Shown here piece after piece: positions 50,139-61,716 of a stretch of DNA of 64,000 bases. How positions within the stretch are numbered: the first letter of the stretch is position 1; each line of letters starts with the position of its first letter. The stretch lies in IMG/VR virus record IMGVR_UViG_3300029661_000108. One strand, written 5' to 3'. The DNA is from a virus. The notes beneath the pieces were generated by a model, which worked only from the letters and a program-made list of their open reading frames with translations, ran no database searches and had not been told where the DNA came from. Made by a program: the position numbers and the translations under genes.

Positions 50139-50876
50139 TTACCCTTTGTCATGAATTATCCAATGCATAATAGCTAATTCTTTTAGCACTTCCTTTCTGA
50201 CAACAATGTTAATTGGCTGCTCATATAATCCACATGATAAGACTGGATAGATATTCATTCGATTCCTATTTTTGACTAACTCTCCTTTTTCATTGAACCT
50301 TGCAGCACTTTTTTGGTGTATTTCATATGCTCTTATCTTATCAACAAGTACCTCTAAATCTCCTAAATGTCTTTCAATCTCTTTTTTAAGAGTTTCTTTA
50401 TTGATAAGCATTGCTTCTGTTTCAGCTACATTATCTTGTGTCATAAGAGCCTTACCTTGCCTGTAGGATGAAGCTCCAATAATCTCATGATAGACGATAA
50501 GATAGTATTCTGTTTCTACATCTGGGTTAATTAGCCAACCTTTTTGCGAAGTGTTTATATTTCCTGAAATTTCAAAGCAGAATGTTGGAAGCTGTGAAGC
50601 AATAGACTTTATATCTACTTTGATATCCTGACCATAAAGTTGAGCAATGACGTCAATTCCTCGTAGCTGTCTATCCCTGTCCTTCACAATTTCCTGAATA
50701 TTCATATCCTTGAATATATTCGTGTTTTGAAGATATTGGATAGAAGTTTCTTCAAATGCTTTATCCCCTACCCAGTTTGTTCTTTTATTTGATTGTGATG
50801 AATGGATAGACCGAGACGTCCTGTTTCCTAGATTTAGTTTGTATGCGTGGTTATTTTCTCTTTTATTAAAATCCAT
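50139..50876 (-). CDS. hypothetical protein, possibly a PD-(D/E)xK-like nuclease (245 aa)
   Basis: GIDVIAQLYGQDIKVDIK looks like a D...(D/E)xK core; speculative. Confidence 0.35.
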   Translation of the reverse strand: MDFNKRENNHAYKLNLGNRTSRSIHSSQSNKRTNWVGDKAFEETSIQYLQNTNIFKDMNIQEIVKDRDRQLRGIDVIAQLYGQDIKVDIKSIASQLPTFCFEISGNINTSQKGWLINPDVETEYYLIVYHEIIGASSYRQGKALMTQDNVAETEAMLINKETLKKEIERHLGDLEVLVDKIRAYEIHQKSAARFNEKGELVKNRNRMNIYPVLSCGLYEQPINIVVRKEVLKELAIMHWIIHDKG

Positions 50877-50897
50877 AAAGTTTCATTCCTCCTTCCT

Positions 50898-51563
50898 TTA
50901 TTTTTTATCAATATTTAAGATAGGCAAATCACCATTATAGTCTTTTTTTAGATGTTCAAAGATTTGATAAAGTGCTTCAACATCGTTAATAGCTCTATGT
51001 GCGACATATTCAATACCATATAATTTTCCTAAGTCAGACTGCTGATTTGATGCAACAAGTCCTTTTTCTTTTAGCTTCATGTTTATTGCCATCTTTAGTG
51101 TGTCTAGACTCCTTTCAAATGGAAAGTTAAGTTTGAATCTCTTTGTAGCTACTTTTAACATTCTGTTATCAAAACTATTAATATTTTGTCCAACTGCTAG
51201 ACTTGTTTCTTTGCTGTTGCACCATTCAACAAACTGTTTAACTACATCATATTCTGGTGGCTTATCACTTAACATCTTATTTGTAATACCAGTAATCTCA
51301 ACAATTCTTTGAGTGATAAAAATCCCTGGATTGCATAGTGCTGAAAATGAGTCAACAATAGTATTATCTTCAACATAAATAGCTCCAATTTCAATGATAT
51401 GGTCCTTATTAGTTAAACCTGTTGTCTCTAGGTCATACATGATATAATTACCAAGCGTTTTATCTGTGACTTGCTGATAGATGCAAATCGGAAATCGCAG
51501 GCATCTTAAATCATTTGATTCATCCAATAGGCAACCACATATTGGACACTTGTTCTGTTTCAT
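50898..51563 (-). CDS. DnaQ/epsilon-like 3'-5' exonuclease with an N-terminal zinc ribbon
   Basis: CPICG..C..C, then Exo I YDLETTG, Exo II NSFDNRML and Exo III HRAINDVEAL. Confidence 0.75.
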   Translation of the reverse strand: MKQNKCPICGCLLDESNDLRCLRFPICIYQQVTDKTLGNYIMYDLETTGLTNKDHIIEIGAIYVEDNTIVDSFSALCNPGIFITQRIVEITGITNKMLSDKPPEYDVVKQFVEWCNSKETSLAVGQNINSFDNRMLKVATKRFKLNFPFERSLDTLKMAINMKLKEKGLVASNQQSDLGKLYGIEYVAHRAINDVEALYQIFEHLKKDYNGDLPILNIDKK

Positions 51564-51815
51564 CTTTATCCTCCTTTAAATAATAAGATAATTGAAATTG
51601 TATAATAGACTGTTCTTTGATGTTCCTCCTCCTTGAATTGTTTAGACAGAGTCAATATGCTGACCTTGTCTTCAACAAAAAAAGATATACCTCTGCTGAG
51701 ATATACCTCTTCTTCGTTCTAATATACATTCATATTGTATCATATTTTTTAGCATTGAGTATTTATATTAATCATGAAATTATTGTTTTAAGAGAAGTGA
51801 CTCGTGAAATAAAAA

Positions 51816-51857
51816 GGGTTAGTTAACCCATTGTAAAGGTCAAGGGCTATTTAACCC
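51816..51857. repeat. left arm of an imperfect inverted repeat containing GGGTTAGTTAACCC and GGGCTATTTAACCC
   Basis: Its reverse complement matches 52576-52617 (23/23 identical, then similar). Confidence 0.6.
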
Positions 51858-51897
51858 TTTTTTATAAAAATGCTCTAATTAATTTGCAGGATTTTAT

Positions 51898-51950
51898 GTT
51901 GACTTTTAAAAGGGTTCTTCTTAAGTAAATATAACACTAACTTTATATTT
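51898..51950. repeat. left arm of a second inverted-repeat pair
   Basis: GTTGACTTTTAAAAGGGTTCTTCTTAAGTAAATATAACACTAACTTTATATTTA; its reverse complement recurs at 53708-53762. Confidence 0.55.
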
Positions 51951-52575
51951 ATAATTATTTTTAAGAGGATTTTGGTCGTTTATTTATGGTTTTTCTTATT
52001 TCTTATTCAGAATGCATTTTATTGGATATTTTTTCAGAAAAATGCATATTTTTTCAATTTTTTGAATTAGCATTATACTATCACTATTCAACCTTTGTTA
52101 AGTATAAAGCGAGGTGGGAGGGATTTATCAGGTATCTTGAAAAACTCTTTGGATATACTACCTCCTTAACATTCTTTAAAAACTCCTCCTATACCCCTTT
52201 TATTTCATTTGAGCTTATATGCTATAGCAAGTTTTTATATGATTGCTTATATAATCTCTAAATTTCAATTCTAAGAGACTTTTATGTGCTTGGTGGATAG
52301 TTGGAGGGTGTTTCCGAATAGGAGGCGGAGAGAGGGATTTAAGAGCGTTTTTATATGCTTATGCTTAAAAATATATAAATGTTGATAAAGTAATAATTGA
52401 GTAACATCTCTTAACATCCCTCAATCTCTTTTAAACTCCTTTTTTTAAATTATGTTGGACCGTGATTCGTTTCATCATCTATTGAGAATCACCTTATGAA
52501 AGGTAGCAGAAAAGCATGTAGAAAGAATTTTATATAGAGCAAGTTTTTATATTGGATATAAAAGGATTGTAGGGA

Positions 52576-52617
52576 GGGGTTAAATAGCCCTTGACCTTTG
52601 ATAAAGGTTAATTAGCC
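52576..52617. repeat. right arm of the inverted repeat
   Basis: GGGTTAAATAGCCCTTGACCTTT... is the reverse complement of the left arm. Confidence 0.6.
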
Positions 52618-53510
52618 TTTGTATATAAAAGAAATGACTGGCATAGGTGATAATCCTATTTACATTCCAGTAAAAATCTAATGACATAAAAAACAGCTAG
52701 ATATGGAAGGAGTTAAAGAGATTTTTGTCATGCAGATATGTGTTAGCATATAAAAGTTTCCTTTTATAATTCCTTCTATCCTCTTTTCAATTCTAAATTT
52801 TAATAGATACAAAGAATGGTAGGAGGTTTTAATGAGAGTCTGCCTGTTAAGGGGAGTAGTTGGGGTATAAAGAGAATTTTGAGAGTAGACTAAGCTTATC
52901 TAAAAAAGTATGACTTGAGTTTGAGTGGAATAAAAAAAAGACTCTCGAGAGAATCTTTACAAACACTTTCTAAGCTGTTCAGAGAGACTTCTAAGAATTT
53001 CCTGAGGGTATCTTACAAGCATGTTCAATGAGTCAGTATAGCAAAACTGTTTAGACTGAAATCTAAATATTATCCATGATAATCCTACTAAAAATATAAA
53101 TAGTATGAGCAGCACCAGAGAAAATGCCTGAGCATTCCATTGATGAGAAATGAGGATATAGAGGAGTGTTAGGAATGTTGAAAGAGCAATACTCATCAAA
53201 TAATAAGTTGAAGTTTTAAATCTTGTATAAATATCAATCTTTGTTTTCTTTCCAGTCCCTAATAAAAACTCTATACATTCCTGCTTGATAAGAATAGTTT
53301 CTCTTAAGTTAAATTTCATATATGACACCTCTTTTTTGTGAGTTACGAATAGCGAACATCTTTTATAGTTAGGATTATAACATAAATACTTTTGGAAATC
53401 AATAAATATATGTTGCATCAGGTAAAGTATTGCTTTAGCATAAAAACTAGGAATGTGGTTGAATCAGAAGCAAACAAAGTATTTTGGGTAAGTGAATGGA
53501 ATGGGTTTTT

Positions 53511-53590
53511 AAGAGAAAGGAAATGAATGTTGAGAGGAGGATAGGGGAGTAGGGAGAAGGGAGAGAGGTAGTAGGGGATAGAAAATGCGA
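53511..53590. repeat. polypurine (GA-rich) tract
   Basis: About 80 nt consisting almost entirely of G and A (GAGGAGGATAGGGGAGTAGGGAGAAGGGAGAGAGG...) in an otherwise AT-rich region. Confidence 0.6.
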
Positions 53591-53707
53591 AATCAATAAA
53601 ATCGCTTTAAAATCTTCAAAATTAAAAAATTCACCATAAAAAAGTATGATGAAATAAAAGTCCAAAAAAACGCTCAAAAACCTCTAGAAACTCCTTAAAA
53701 ATAGTGG

Positions 53708-53762
53708 CAAATATAAAGTTAGTGTTATATTTGCTTAAGAAGAACTCCTTTAAAAGTCAAAC
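53708..53762. repeat. right arm of the second inverted-repeat pair
   Basis: CAAATATAAAGTTAGTGTTATATTTGCTTAAGAAGAACTCCTTTAAAAGTCAAACC. Confidence 0.55.
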
Positions 53763-53835
53763 CTTATTGACTCTCAATATATAATTCTCTAAAGATATTA
53801 AAAAAATCTAAAAACTTAAAGAATTATGCTTATGT

Positions 53836-53849
53836 GGGCTAACTAACCC
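53836..53849. promoter_or_regulatory. GGGCTAACTAACCC motif copy upstream of parA
   Basis: Matches the 14-bp family also seen at 51816, 51844, 52576 and 55967. Confidence 0.4.
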
Positions 53850-53962
53850 ATGAAAATAATTTCTATTGCGGAAAAAGTCAATTCAAGTTATAATTGACTT
53901 TGATTAGAGTATCTTGGATATAAAAATTTTATTAAAAAGCAAGGAATTCAATTGAGAAGGGA

Positions 53963-54916
53963 ATGGTAGCAATGGGCAAAAACACAAAAGTAATTACACT
54001 CTATAATCAAAAAGGAGGCGTTGGTAAAACAACAACAACAATTAATCTCGCTCAAGTTCTAGGGAGTACCTTTAATAAAAAAGTATTAATTATTGATAAT
54101 GATGCTCAAAACTCTCTTAGCTTTCTGGCAAATATACAAATAAGAAATAATGGAGCTGTAGAAGATGAAGATGGATTAAAGACATTAGGGTGGCTGGAAC
54201 AGATGTTTCAGTTATACGGAGATGTTCCAACAGTTCGAGATATTCAGGAAACAATTATAACTCCAACATATCAAAAATCGGAGAGAATTGAAGGAACCAT
54301 TGAGTGGGATATAGTCGAGAAAAAATTTGCGTTCGATATGATTCCTGGAACTGGAAAAGACTTATCTTTGGCTGAATTGATTTTTATCACGCCCAACGAT
54401 GAACCTTTTATTCTTAAGCCAGAAAATAGAAAATTGGCGCCATATGTCTTGAAAGTTATCATTGAGCAAATAAAGAAATACTTTGATTATGATTATATCT
54501 TAATTGACTGTCCTCCATCACTAGGTATCTTAAGTATGGGAGCTCTAGTTGCATCAGATTATTTAATTATACCAACAACAAGTGATATGCTTTCAACGAT
54601 AGGGATTCAAACAATTATAGACAATCTTAAGGAATTACACTTATATGTACCAGACTTTAATATATTAGGGGTTTTGTTTAATTGCTATTCAGATACAAAA
54701 TATGATAATGAGTTGATAGAAGATGTAAGAAATTTTGGAGACTCTCAAGGAATATCTGTATTTGAAGTGAAAATTCCTAAGAAAAATCAAATGAGAATGG
54801 TAAGTTCTGAAGAGATTATAGCAGTTCTCAAAAACGAGAAGGCTTTTAAGAGTTATACTGAGTCAATTATTGACCTTGCTCAAGAAATTATAAAGAAAAG
54901 TGAAGGGGGAGAATAG
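53963..54916 (+). CDS. parA: ParA-family partition ATPase
   Basis: Deviant Walker [15 protein letters not shown]. Confidence 0.85.
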   Translation: MVAMGKNTKVITLYNQKGGVGKTTTTINLAQVLGSTFNKKVLIIDNDAQNSLSFLANIQIRNNGAVEDEDGLKTLGWLEQMFQLYGDVPTVRDIQETIITPTYQKSERIEGTIEWDIVEKKFAFDMIPGTGKDLSLAELIFITPNDEPFILKPENRKLAPYVLKVIIEQIKKYFDYDYILIDCPPSLGILSMGALVASDYLIIPTTSDMLSTIGIQTIIDNLKELHLYVPDFNILGVLFNCYSDTKYDNELIEDVRNFGDSQGISVFEVKIPKKNQMRMVSSEEIIAVLKNEKAFKSYTESIIDLAQEIIKKSEGGE

Positions 54917-54918
54917 TT

Positions 54919-55947
54919 ATGCCACCAAAAAAGAAATCGATGAGTGATACGGGAACACATAAGGCTTCTTCATCAAGTCTGTTCTCAGCTCTTGGAGATG
55001 GAATAGATGTTACTGGTTTTGACCCAGATTCAAAAACAGTGAGTGAAACATCCAGATTTAGAACCGAATATCTAGAACTATCAAAAATTATAGACAATAA
55101 AAGTAACAATTTTAGAGCCTTGGATACATTCTATTTGGAATTGTCAATTGCAAAGGTAGGGCAACTTCAACCAATTATTCTAGTTCCAGAAGTTGTAGAA
55201 GGAAAATCAACTGGGCTCTATGAAATAAAAGTGGGGTCTCGACGTTTTGCTGCATTAAATAGGCTACTAGAAAAAGCTTTTAAAAAGAGTAATCAAAAGG
55301 ACATTGAAAAGTACTCAAAAGCTTTTGCAATTATTCTGCCTTATGGTGCTACTCAAGATGAAATTGAAACAATTTATCGAGAAACGAATACTACAGCCAG
55401 ACCATTAACTGTAGAAGAAGTTTTCGCCCATTTTGATGGTATCTTTAAAATAAGTGACACAGGTGAATTTGTTCATATTCCAAAAGGTGTCAACAAGTAT
55501 GAATATGTATCCAAAGAGTTTAAGAGGATGGGATTTGATTTTTCGGCAACAAAAGTCAAAGAGTACTTAACAATTTATAGTGCATCTGATAAAAGAGTTA
55601 CAGACTGGTTTGAAGATAAGCTTTTAACACGTCAGCAGGCTGTAGAAGTGTCAAGAATGCCTTCGGCTATGCAAATATCTGTAATGGATAAGTTTGAGCA
55701 GATGACAACTAAGGAAATAAGTGATTATATTAAGACTTACATGCTGGAAAAGAAAACAGAGAAGCTTACAAAGAAAATGAGAGGAATCGATGCAATTAGC
55801 TTTGTAATAAAGAGCAATAAAAATCTGAAACATATTGCAGTAATGGAAAATATCAGATTTCAATCAGAAGATGAGAAACTTAGTTTCTTAAGTCAGATAC
55901 AGGAGCTTCAGGACCATTTGAATAAAATTGAAAAGTTATTAAAATAA
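54919..55947 (+). CDS. parB: ParB-like partition protein
   Basis: Immediately downstream of parA; ParB-box-like YEIKVGSRRFAALNRL (cf. GERRxRA). Confidence 0.65.
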   Translation: MPPKKKSMSDTGTHKASSSSLFSALGDGIDVTGFDPDSKTVSETSRFRTEYLELSKIIDNKSNNFRALDTFYLELSIAKVGQLQPIILVPEVVEGKSTGLYEIKVGSRRFAALNRLLEKAFKKSNQKDIEKYSKAFAIILPYGATQDEIETIYRETNTTARPLTVEEVFAHFDGIFKISDTGEFVHIPKGVNKYEYVSKEFKRMGFDFSATKVKEYLTIYSASDKRVTDWFEDKLLTRQQAVEVSRMPSAMQISVMDKFEQMTTKEISDYIKTYMLEKKTEKLTKKMRGIDAISFVIKSNKNLKHIAVMENIRFQSEDEKLSFLSQIQELQDHLNKIEKLLK

Positions 55948-55966
55948 TAAATGAGCATTATAAAAA

Positions 55967-55980
55967 GGGCTAATTAACCC
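55967..55980. promoter_or_regulatory. GGGCTAATTAACCC motif copy downstream of parB
   Basis: Flanked by A and T runs; it could also form a terminator-like hairpin. Confidence 0.4.
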
Positions 55981-56119
55981 TTTTTATTTTTTGTCCTATT
56001 GTAACAATAGGACAACACATATCTGTAGATATGTGATACAATATATATGTAAATTTAAACGAGGCATCAGGACTATATTTTCATAATATAGTCTTTTTTG
56101 TGCTCAAAAGGAGGAAATT

Positions 56120-56777
56120 TATGAGTTTAAAAAGTAGATTGAAAGAAAATCAAACAGAAGGAGATGTAAAAGAAGATGTTAAGAAATCTTTGAGTGAGGA
56201 AGAAACAGAAAAAATGAGCGATACATATGAAACACCAGAACGAATTGCGTTCAGCAAAGGAGAAAAAGATTACCCAAAAAAAATAGACAAAGTTTATGCT
56301 CAAATGAAAACAGGAGATGTTTTTTTAGAAGTTCTTGAAGATGGTTTTAATCTAACTAATGAAGATAAGGGATATAACACAAAAATTCATATCAATTTCT
56401 CTCAGCTGGATAAAAGTATGAAACAAAAAGCATTTAAAAGTCATTATCTTGACTTAACTAATTTTCTATATTTAAGAAACATTTTTCTCTCAGGCAAATA
56501 TTCCGTATTAGAAGAATTGGAAAGAGCGACGTTAAATGCTACAAAAAAATATTGTGAAAGTATTTTTTCTGAGTATAAACAGCCTGATAAAAGTATTTCA
56601 AATACTTTTTATGTAACTCCAGGAATGAAACAAGGCAATTGGATGATTGGCATTGTAGAAGTGAATTCAAAGACTAAGGAAAACCAAAGAATTCAGGTGC
56701 CAGTTACAACTGCCCGATTGATTGCCATGCTTGAGCTTATTTATTTAGCTTACCAGAGACATCTTTTTAGAAACTAA
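56120..56777 (+). CDS. hypothetical protein (about 219 aa)
   Basis: SD AAAGGAGGAAATTT then ATG at 56120, inside the longer ORF-track frame that begins at 56100. Confidence 0.4.
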
Positions 56778-56805
56778 TATTTCAATTGAACAGGAGGAGC
56801 TTTAA

Positions 56806-59109
56806 ATGGACTTAAGATTAAAGGATAGATACAAGCAAAGGCTGGCGAAGAATTCTATGCCAGCTTCTTCTCATAAAAAGGAAAATGAACTGGAAACAAT
56901 TAGAGGTGCTGTTCAATATCGAATTGTACCTAGAGGATTTTTAGAATCAGATAAGTTAATCTGGGTAGTCATGGATATTAAGGATGTTGCCACAAAAGAG
57001 CATATCAAAGTTGTTGGAGAAACCAATCACTACAATGTTGGAGACTATTTGGAATTTTATGGAACATGGGTAGAAAGAAATGGAAAAAAAGAATTTCATT
57101 TTAAATATGCATTAAGAGTAGATGATGATTATGTTGGTGCAACAGCTATGCTAGCTTTTCTATTTGGAGCAAAGACAGCAAAAAGAATTATTGAGCATTA
57201 TGATAACAAACCTCAAGAACCTATGAATATTTTTAAAAACAATGAAGAGAGATTTAGAGAAGATATGAAGTCAGTTAAGGGAATAGGTGATAAAAAAATT
57301 CAAAAGGCCTATGAGAAACATAAAAAATATATTGCAGTTGATGCTCTTTATTTTAAATTTGCAAGATTCAATCTTTCATTGTCAAAGGCTCTTAAACTTA
57401 TTAAAAAGTGGGGAAGTGCAGCAGCCGATATTATTGATGAGAATGTTTATCAGTTAATTCATATTGATGGTTTCTCATTTGAAACAATTGATAGAATTGG
57501 ATTAGGATATTATAAGTTTGATAAAAAGGATGGAAGGAGAATAGAAGCATATCTTATTCAAATTCTAAAAAATGCTGCATCAGGAAAAGGAGACTGTTTT
57601 TTGCCATTAGAAGGACAGGAAGGTCTTATTGCTCAGGCACAATTAGGCTTAAATATATCAGATAATCTTATTAGAGAAAAAGTCATTGACCTTATCTATA
57701 AACAAAAGTTGTACAAAAGATTATATGAAGGCAATATAGTTATATATCTTCCTCATATTTATAAAGCTGAAAAAACTGTTGTGCAAATAGTTTCATCTGC
57801 AATACATAAGAATAAAGTTATCAAAGAAGATAAAGTTGATATGATAATTGCTGATTATGAAAAGAGAAAAGGCTTTACTCTTGCAAACAAACAGAAGGAA
57901 AGTATTAAAACCTCATGTATTAATCAGTTTAGCATTATATCAGGTCCGCCTGGTTCTGGCAAAACAACAATTGTTGATGTTATATGTGAAGTTTTTAGAA
58001 GGCATAAAAAAACATGTAATATCAAATTGGCTGCCTTGGCTGGGAAAGCAGCAACACGAATGGCTGAAACAACAGGGATAGAAGCCAGTACAATTCATAG
58101 ATTGCTAGGATATAATCCAGACACTGGATGGACATATAATGAAAAAAATCAGTTGCCAAATGTTGACTTGCTAATTATTGATGAGTTTTCTATGGTTGAC
58201 ATTCTTCTGTTTGAGAAATTGATGAAAGCTGTCTCAAGAGATACCGTTGTGATTTGTGTAGGAGATAAAGACCAGTTACCATCAGTGGATTGTGGACAGG
58301 TTTTAGAAGACTTAATTGATGTTCCTTATATTCCTAAGACCATTCTGGAAGAAATCTATAGACAAAAAAAGGATAGCACCATTTTAAAAAGAGCTCTTGC
58401 ATTTAATAAAGAACAAATTCCCTCTTTAACTGAAGCGAAGGATTTTAAATTTATTTCCTGTGAGGTAAATGATATTAAAAAGACTTCAGAGACTGTCTTG
58501 GATTTATATGTAAATAAAATTAAGCAATGGGGAATAAAGAACGTCTGTCTCATGGTTCCACAAAATGTCAAAGAACTAGGAGGAGATATAATGAATCTTC
58601 AACTTCAAGGAATTATTAATCCGCCTGATAAAAGCAAAACTGAAATCAGTAGTGGGCATAAAAGAGTTTTTAGAGAGGGTGATAGAGTTATCCAGTTGAA
58701 GAATATTGAGAATGGGATTTCAAATGGAATGGTTGGAACTGTTATTGAATGTTTTCCTACGGATAGACATATAGCATCAGAAGATAAGTTTACAGTATTA
58801 TTTGATAATGGAAATGAAAAGACATATGCCAGAGAAGATTTTGATATGTTAAAGCTTGCATATGCATTAACTATTCACAAAAGCCAAGGTTCAGAATATA
58901 AATGCATCATTATGCTGATGGATGAGCATCAGAGATTTATGATAAGAAAGAAATTAGTCTATACAGGAATGACTCGATGTAAAGATGAACTTTTTATCGT
59001 TGGACAGGAAAAGATGTTTGAGCATGCCTTGAAAAATAAAGATAAGCGAAGAAATACTATGTTAACTCACTTATTTATGGAATATAAAGAAGGAGCCACA
59101 ATTTCGTGA
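56806..59109 (+). CDS. RecD-like SF1 DNA helicase
   Basis: HhH KSVKGIGDKKIQ, Walker A GPPGSGKTT, DEFSMV (Walker B), and a C-terminal SH3-like region typical of RecD2. Confidence 0.8.
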   Translation: MDLRLKDRYKQRLAKNSMPASSHKKENELETIRGAVQYRIVPRGFLESDKLIWVVMDIKDVATKEHIKVVGETNHYNVGDYLEFYGTWVERNGKKEFHFKYALRVDDDYVGATAMLAFLFGAKTAKRIIEHYDNKPQEPMNIFKNNEERFREDMKSVKGIGDKKIQKAYEKHKKYIAVDALYFKFARFNLSLSKALKLIKKWGSAAADIIDENVYQLIHIDGFSFETIDRIGLGYYKFDKKDGRRIEAYLIQILKNAASGKGDCFLPLEGQEGLIAQAQLGLNISDNLIREKVIDLIYKQKLYKRLYEGNIVIYLPHIYKAEKTVVQIVSSAIHKNKVIKEDKVDMIIADYEKRKGFTLANKQKESIKTSCINQFSIISGPPGSGKTTIVDVICEVFRRHKKTCNIKLAALAGKAATRMAETTGIEASTIHRLLGYNPDTGWTYNEKNQLPNVDLLIIDEFSMVDILLFEKLMKAVSRDTVVICVGDKDQLPSVDCGQVLEDLIDVPYIPKTILEEIYRQKKDSTILKRALAFNKEQIPSLTEAKDFKFISCEVNDIKKTSETVLDLYVNKIKQWGIKNVCLMVPQNVKELGGDIMNLQLQGIINPPDKSKTEISSGHKRVFREGDRVIQLKNIENGISNGMVGTVIECFPTDRHIASEDKFTVLFDNGNEKTYAREDFDMLKLAYALTIHKSQGSEYKCIIMLMDEHQRFMIRKKLVYTGMTRCKDELFIVGQEKMFEHALKNKDKRRNTMLTHLFMEYKEGATIS

Positions 59110-59184
59110 TTATGACAGATACAAAGTTTCTAATAACGAGGAGGAGCCATAAATTCATGAATTTGACATGTTGGAGGAATAAAA

Positions 59185-59712
59185 ATGAAAAAAAGACTTA
59201 TTTTGGATTTTGATGGAACTCTGGTTGAATTTAAACCAGTTGAGAGATTAGATGAACTATTGACTCCTGGATATTTTTCAAAACTATTTGTTTTTGAGAA
59301 TGTTGTTTTAGCTATTCAGGAATTATACAAAAGGCATCCAGAAATAGATATACTCATAGGAAGTAAAGTGCTAGATGCACCACATATTCCAAAAGACAAA
59401 GATGTAATTATAGATAAGCACTTGCCATTTATAAATAGAGAAAATAGAATCTATATCCCTTATGATGCTAAAAAAACCGATTATATACAAATTACGTCTT
59501 GTGATTATGTTTTGGATGATTTAACAACAAACCTTGTAGAGGTTGAAGAGAGTGGGGGACATGGTATCAAACTCTTGAATGGAATAAACGCTAATAAAAG
59601 AACATGGAAAGGACCAGCTGTACATAAGGATTATCCTTATACGCTTATTGTTGAGCAGCTAGAAATTTATATGAATTTGAAGGAGAAAGAAAATGAAATG
59701 GAAAAAGTATAA
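59185..59712 (+). CDS. HAD-superfamily hydrolase, 5'(3')-deoxyribonucleotidase-like (175 aa)
   Basis: N-terminal DFDGTL HAD motif I; size typical of the NT5C family. Confidence 0.5.
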   Translation: MKKRLILDFDGTLVEFKPVERLDELLTPGYFSKLFVFENVVLAIQELYKRHPEIDILIGSKVLDAPHIPKDKDVIIDKHLPFINRENRIYIPYDAKKTDYIQITSCDYVLDDLTTNLVEVEESGGHGIKLLNGINANKRTWKGPAVHKDYPYTLIVEQLEIYMNLKEKENEMEKV

Positions 59713-61531
59713 TAAGACAAGTGGATTGCATGTATGTCCTCAAATGGATATGTATCTTACATCTTGTGGATTTACCAAGGCATCCGCCTACTACTTAACT
59801 CACCCTTGTGAGATGCATGATAAATATCTTCTACACGATTTAAGAGAAGTTGTTCATGCTATTGGGGAGTTTATAAAAAACAATAAAAAGATAGTTATTA
59901 TAGGAGATTATGATGCAGATGGAGTGACATCAACAAGCTGCTTATATTTAACTCTAGATTATTGTGGGGCTTGTGTGGAGTATCTCATTCCACATAGAGT
60001 CAAGAATGGATATGGATTAAGTCATGCTTTGGTGGATGATGCTATTGCAATTAATGCTGATGTTATCTTAACATGTGATAATGGCATTTCCGCCTTAGAA
60101 GCAATCCGATATGCTAAAAGCAAAGGAATTACTGTTATTGTGACAGACCACCATACACCAGGAGAAACTTTGCCAATTGCAGATTATATTGTTCATCCTG
60201 CTTTAGGAGACTATCCATTTTCTAATATAAGTGGATGTCAGACAGCATATAAACTATGCTTAGGTATCATTGAAGAGTGCTCCCCATTAAAGGATAAGAA
60301 ATTAATAAAAAAAGCAATGAGGAGAAAGGAATTCCAATTGAAGGACTATCTGTTTCAGTTGTCAGCAATTTCTATTGTAACTGATGTTATGCCACTTGCT
60401 TCCATTGATGAAGATACAGCAAAAGTCAATGAAAATAGAAAATGGTTAATGGATGGAATTGAAATGATTAAAAAGAATCCAGATTGGAGAATTCAAATGA
60501 TGTTAAAAGAACTTGGGGTCAATCAAAAAACATTTGAAGAAACATCAATTGGGTTTTATGTTGGACCGTGTTTAAATGCAGTTGGAAGGTTAACTGATGC
60601 AGGTAAAGCAGTTCAATTTTTAACAGCACAAACTAAAGAGGAAGCAAAAAAAAGATTTTCATTTATGTACTATATCAATGAAGAGAGAAAAAAGGTAAAG
60701 TTGGAGTGCCTAGAAAAAATTCATATGAGTGATAAACATAAGATTAATTTAATTGTCCAAAAGGAACTGCATGAAGGGGTACTTGGGATTTTGGCATCTC
60801 ATTATACAAATCAGAATGGATATCCAACTTTTGTATTGACTGACTGCACAATCGAAAGTGGTCAAAAAGCTTGGAAAGGTTCAGGAAGAGGAGTAGAAGA
60901 ACTAAATTTGTATGATATTCTTTCTCAGGTTCAAGATGAAACAGGGACACTCTATACCTTTGGTGGACATGCGGGGGCAGTAGGGGTTACTGTTCTGGAT
61001 GAAAATATTGAACAATTTAAAAGTAGAATTACTGAAATTGTAGAGGACAGACTTGCTCATTCCTCATATGCAAAGAATTATATTCAGTTAACGACAATTG
61101 AACAAAGAAAGGAAATTGCTGAAGCGGTTAAAGAATTAAAGCCTTTTGGAAATGGACTTCGTTTGCCAATCGTGGAATTAAGCTATAATGTTAAGGAAAT
61201 TAATCTGTATTATAAGTCTAAACACGCTAAATTTCTTCATAAGGAACCTGATAAATCAGGAACAAAGACTATTTGGAATAATTTTGAATTATGGAACTAT
61301 GGAGGATTAGAAGAAGCTAAAATACTATGTAATAGAGATTTTGTTTTATCTTTTGACAATGTTCAAAAACTTATAGATAATGGAAAAACAGAATCTGAAG
61401 CTCAACAGCAAAAATATGAAAAATATATACGAAAAACGAAGGAATCAAGGGTGACATATAAAGTTGAAGTTGGTTATAGTGACTTTTGTGGAATGGGGCC
61501 AAGATTTAATGTTTTAGAGGTTACTTTTTAG
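59693..61531 (+). CDS. RecJ-like DHH-family single-strand exonuclease
   Basis: GDYDADGVTS (DHH motif I/II) and VTDHHTP (DHH motif III). Confidence 0.7.
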   Translation: MKWKKYNKTSGLHVCPQMDMYLTSCGFTKASAYYLTHPCEMHDKYLLHDLREVVHAIGEFIKNNKKIVIIGDYDADGVTSTSCLYLTLDYCGACVEYLIPHRVKNGYGLSHALVDDAIAINADVILTCDNGISALEAIRYAKSKGITVIVTDHHTPGETLPIADYIVHPALGDYPFSNISGCQTAYKLCLGIIEECSPLKDKKLIKKAMRRKEFQLKDYLFQLSAISIVTDVMPLASIDEDTAKVNENRKWLMDGIEMIKKNPDWRIQMMLKELGVNQKTFEETSIGFYVGPCLNAVGRLTDAGKAVQFLTAQTKEEAKKRFSFMYYINEERKKVKLECLEKIHMSDKHKINLIVQKELHEGVLGILASHYTNQNGYPTFVLTDCTIESGQKAWKGSGRGVEELNLYDILSQVQDETGTLYTFGGHAGAVGVTVLDENIEQFKSRITEIVEDRLAHSSYAKNYIQLTTIEQRKEIAEAVKELKPFGNGLRLPIVELSYNVKEINLYYKSKHAKFLHKEPDKSGTKTIWNNFELWNYGGLEEAKILCNRDFVLSFDNVQKLIDNGKTESEAQQQKYEKYIRKTKESRVTYKVEVGYSDFCGMGPRFNVLEVTF

Positions 61532-61716
61532 TAGCCTTTTTTATATATTAGTAAGGTAATGTACAACTGAGTAGCATCTGTTTAATAATATATATAGGTT
61601 ATATATTACACTTCTTAAGATATGTGATACAATAATAATGAAATATATAACGAGCAGAGGATATGTCATGAAGGCGTATCCTCTTTTGGTTAATAAACAA
61701 AAAAGGAGGAAATTTT

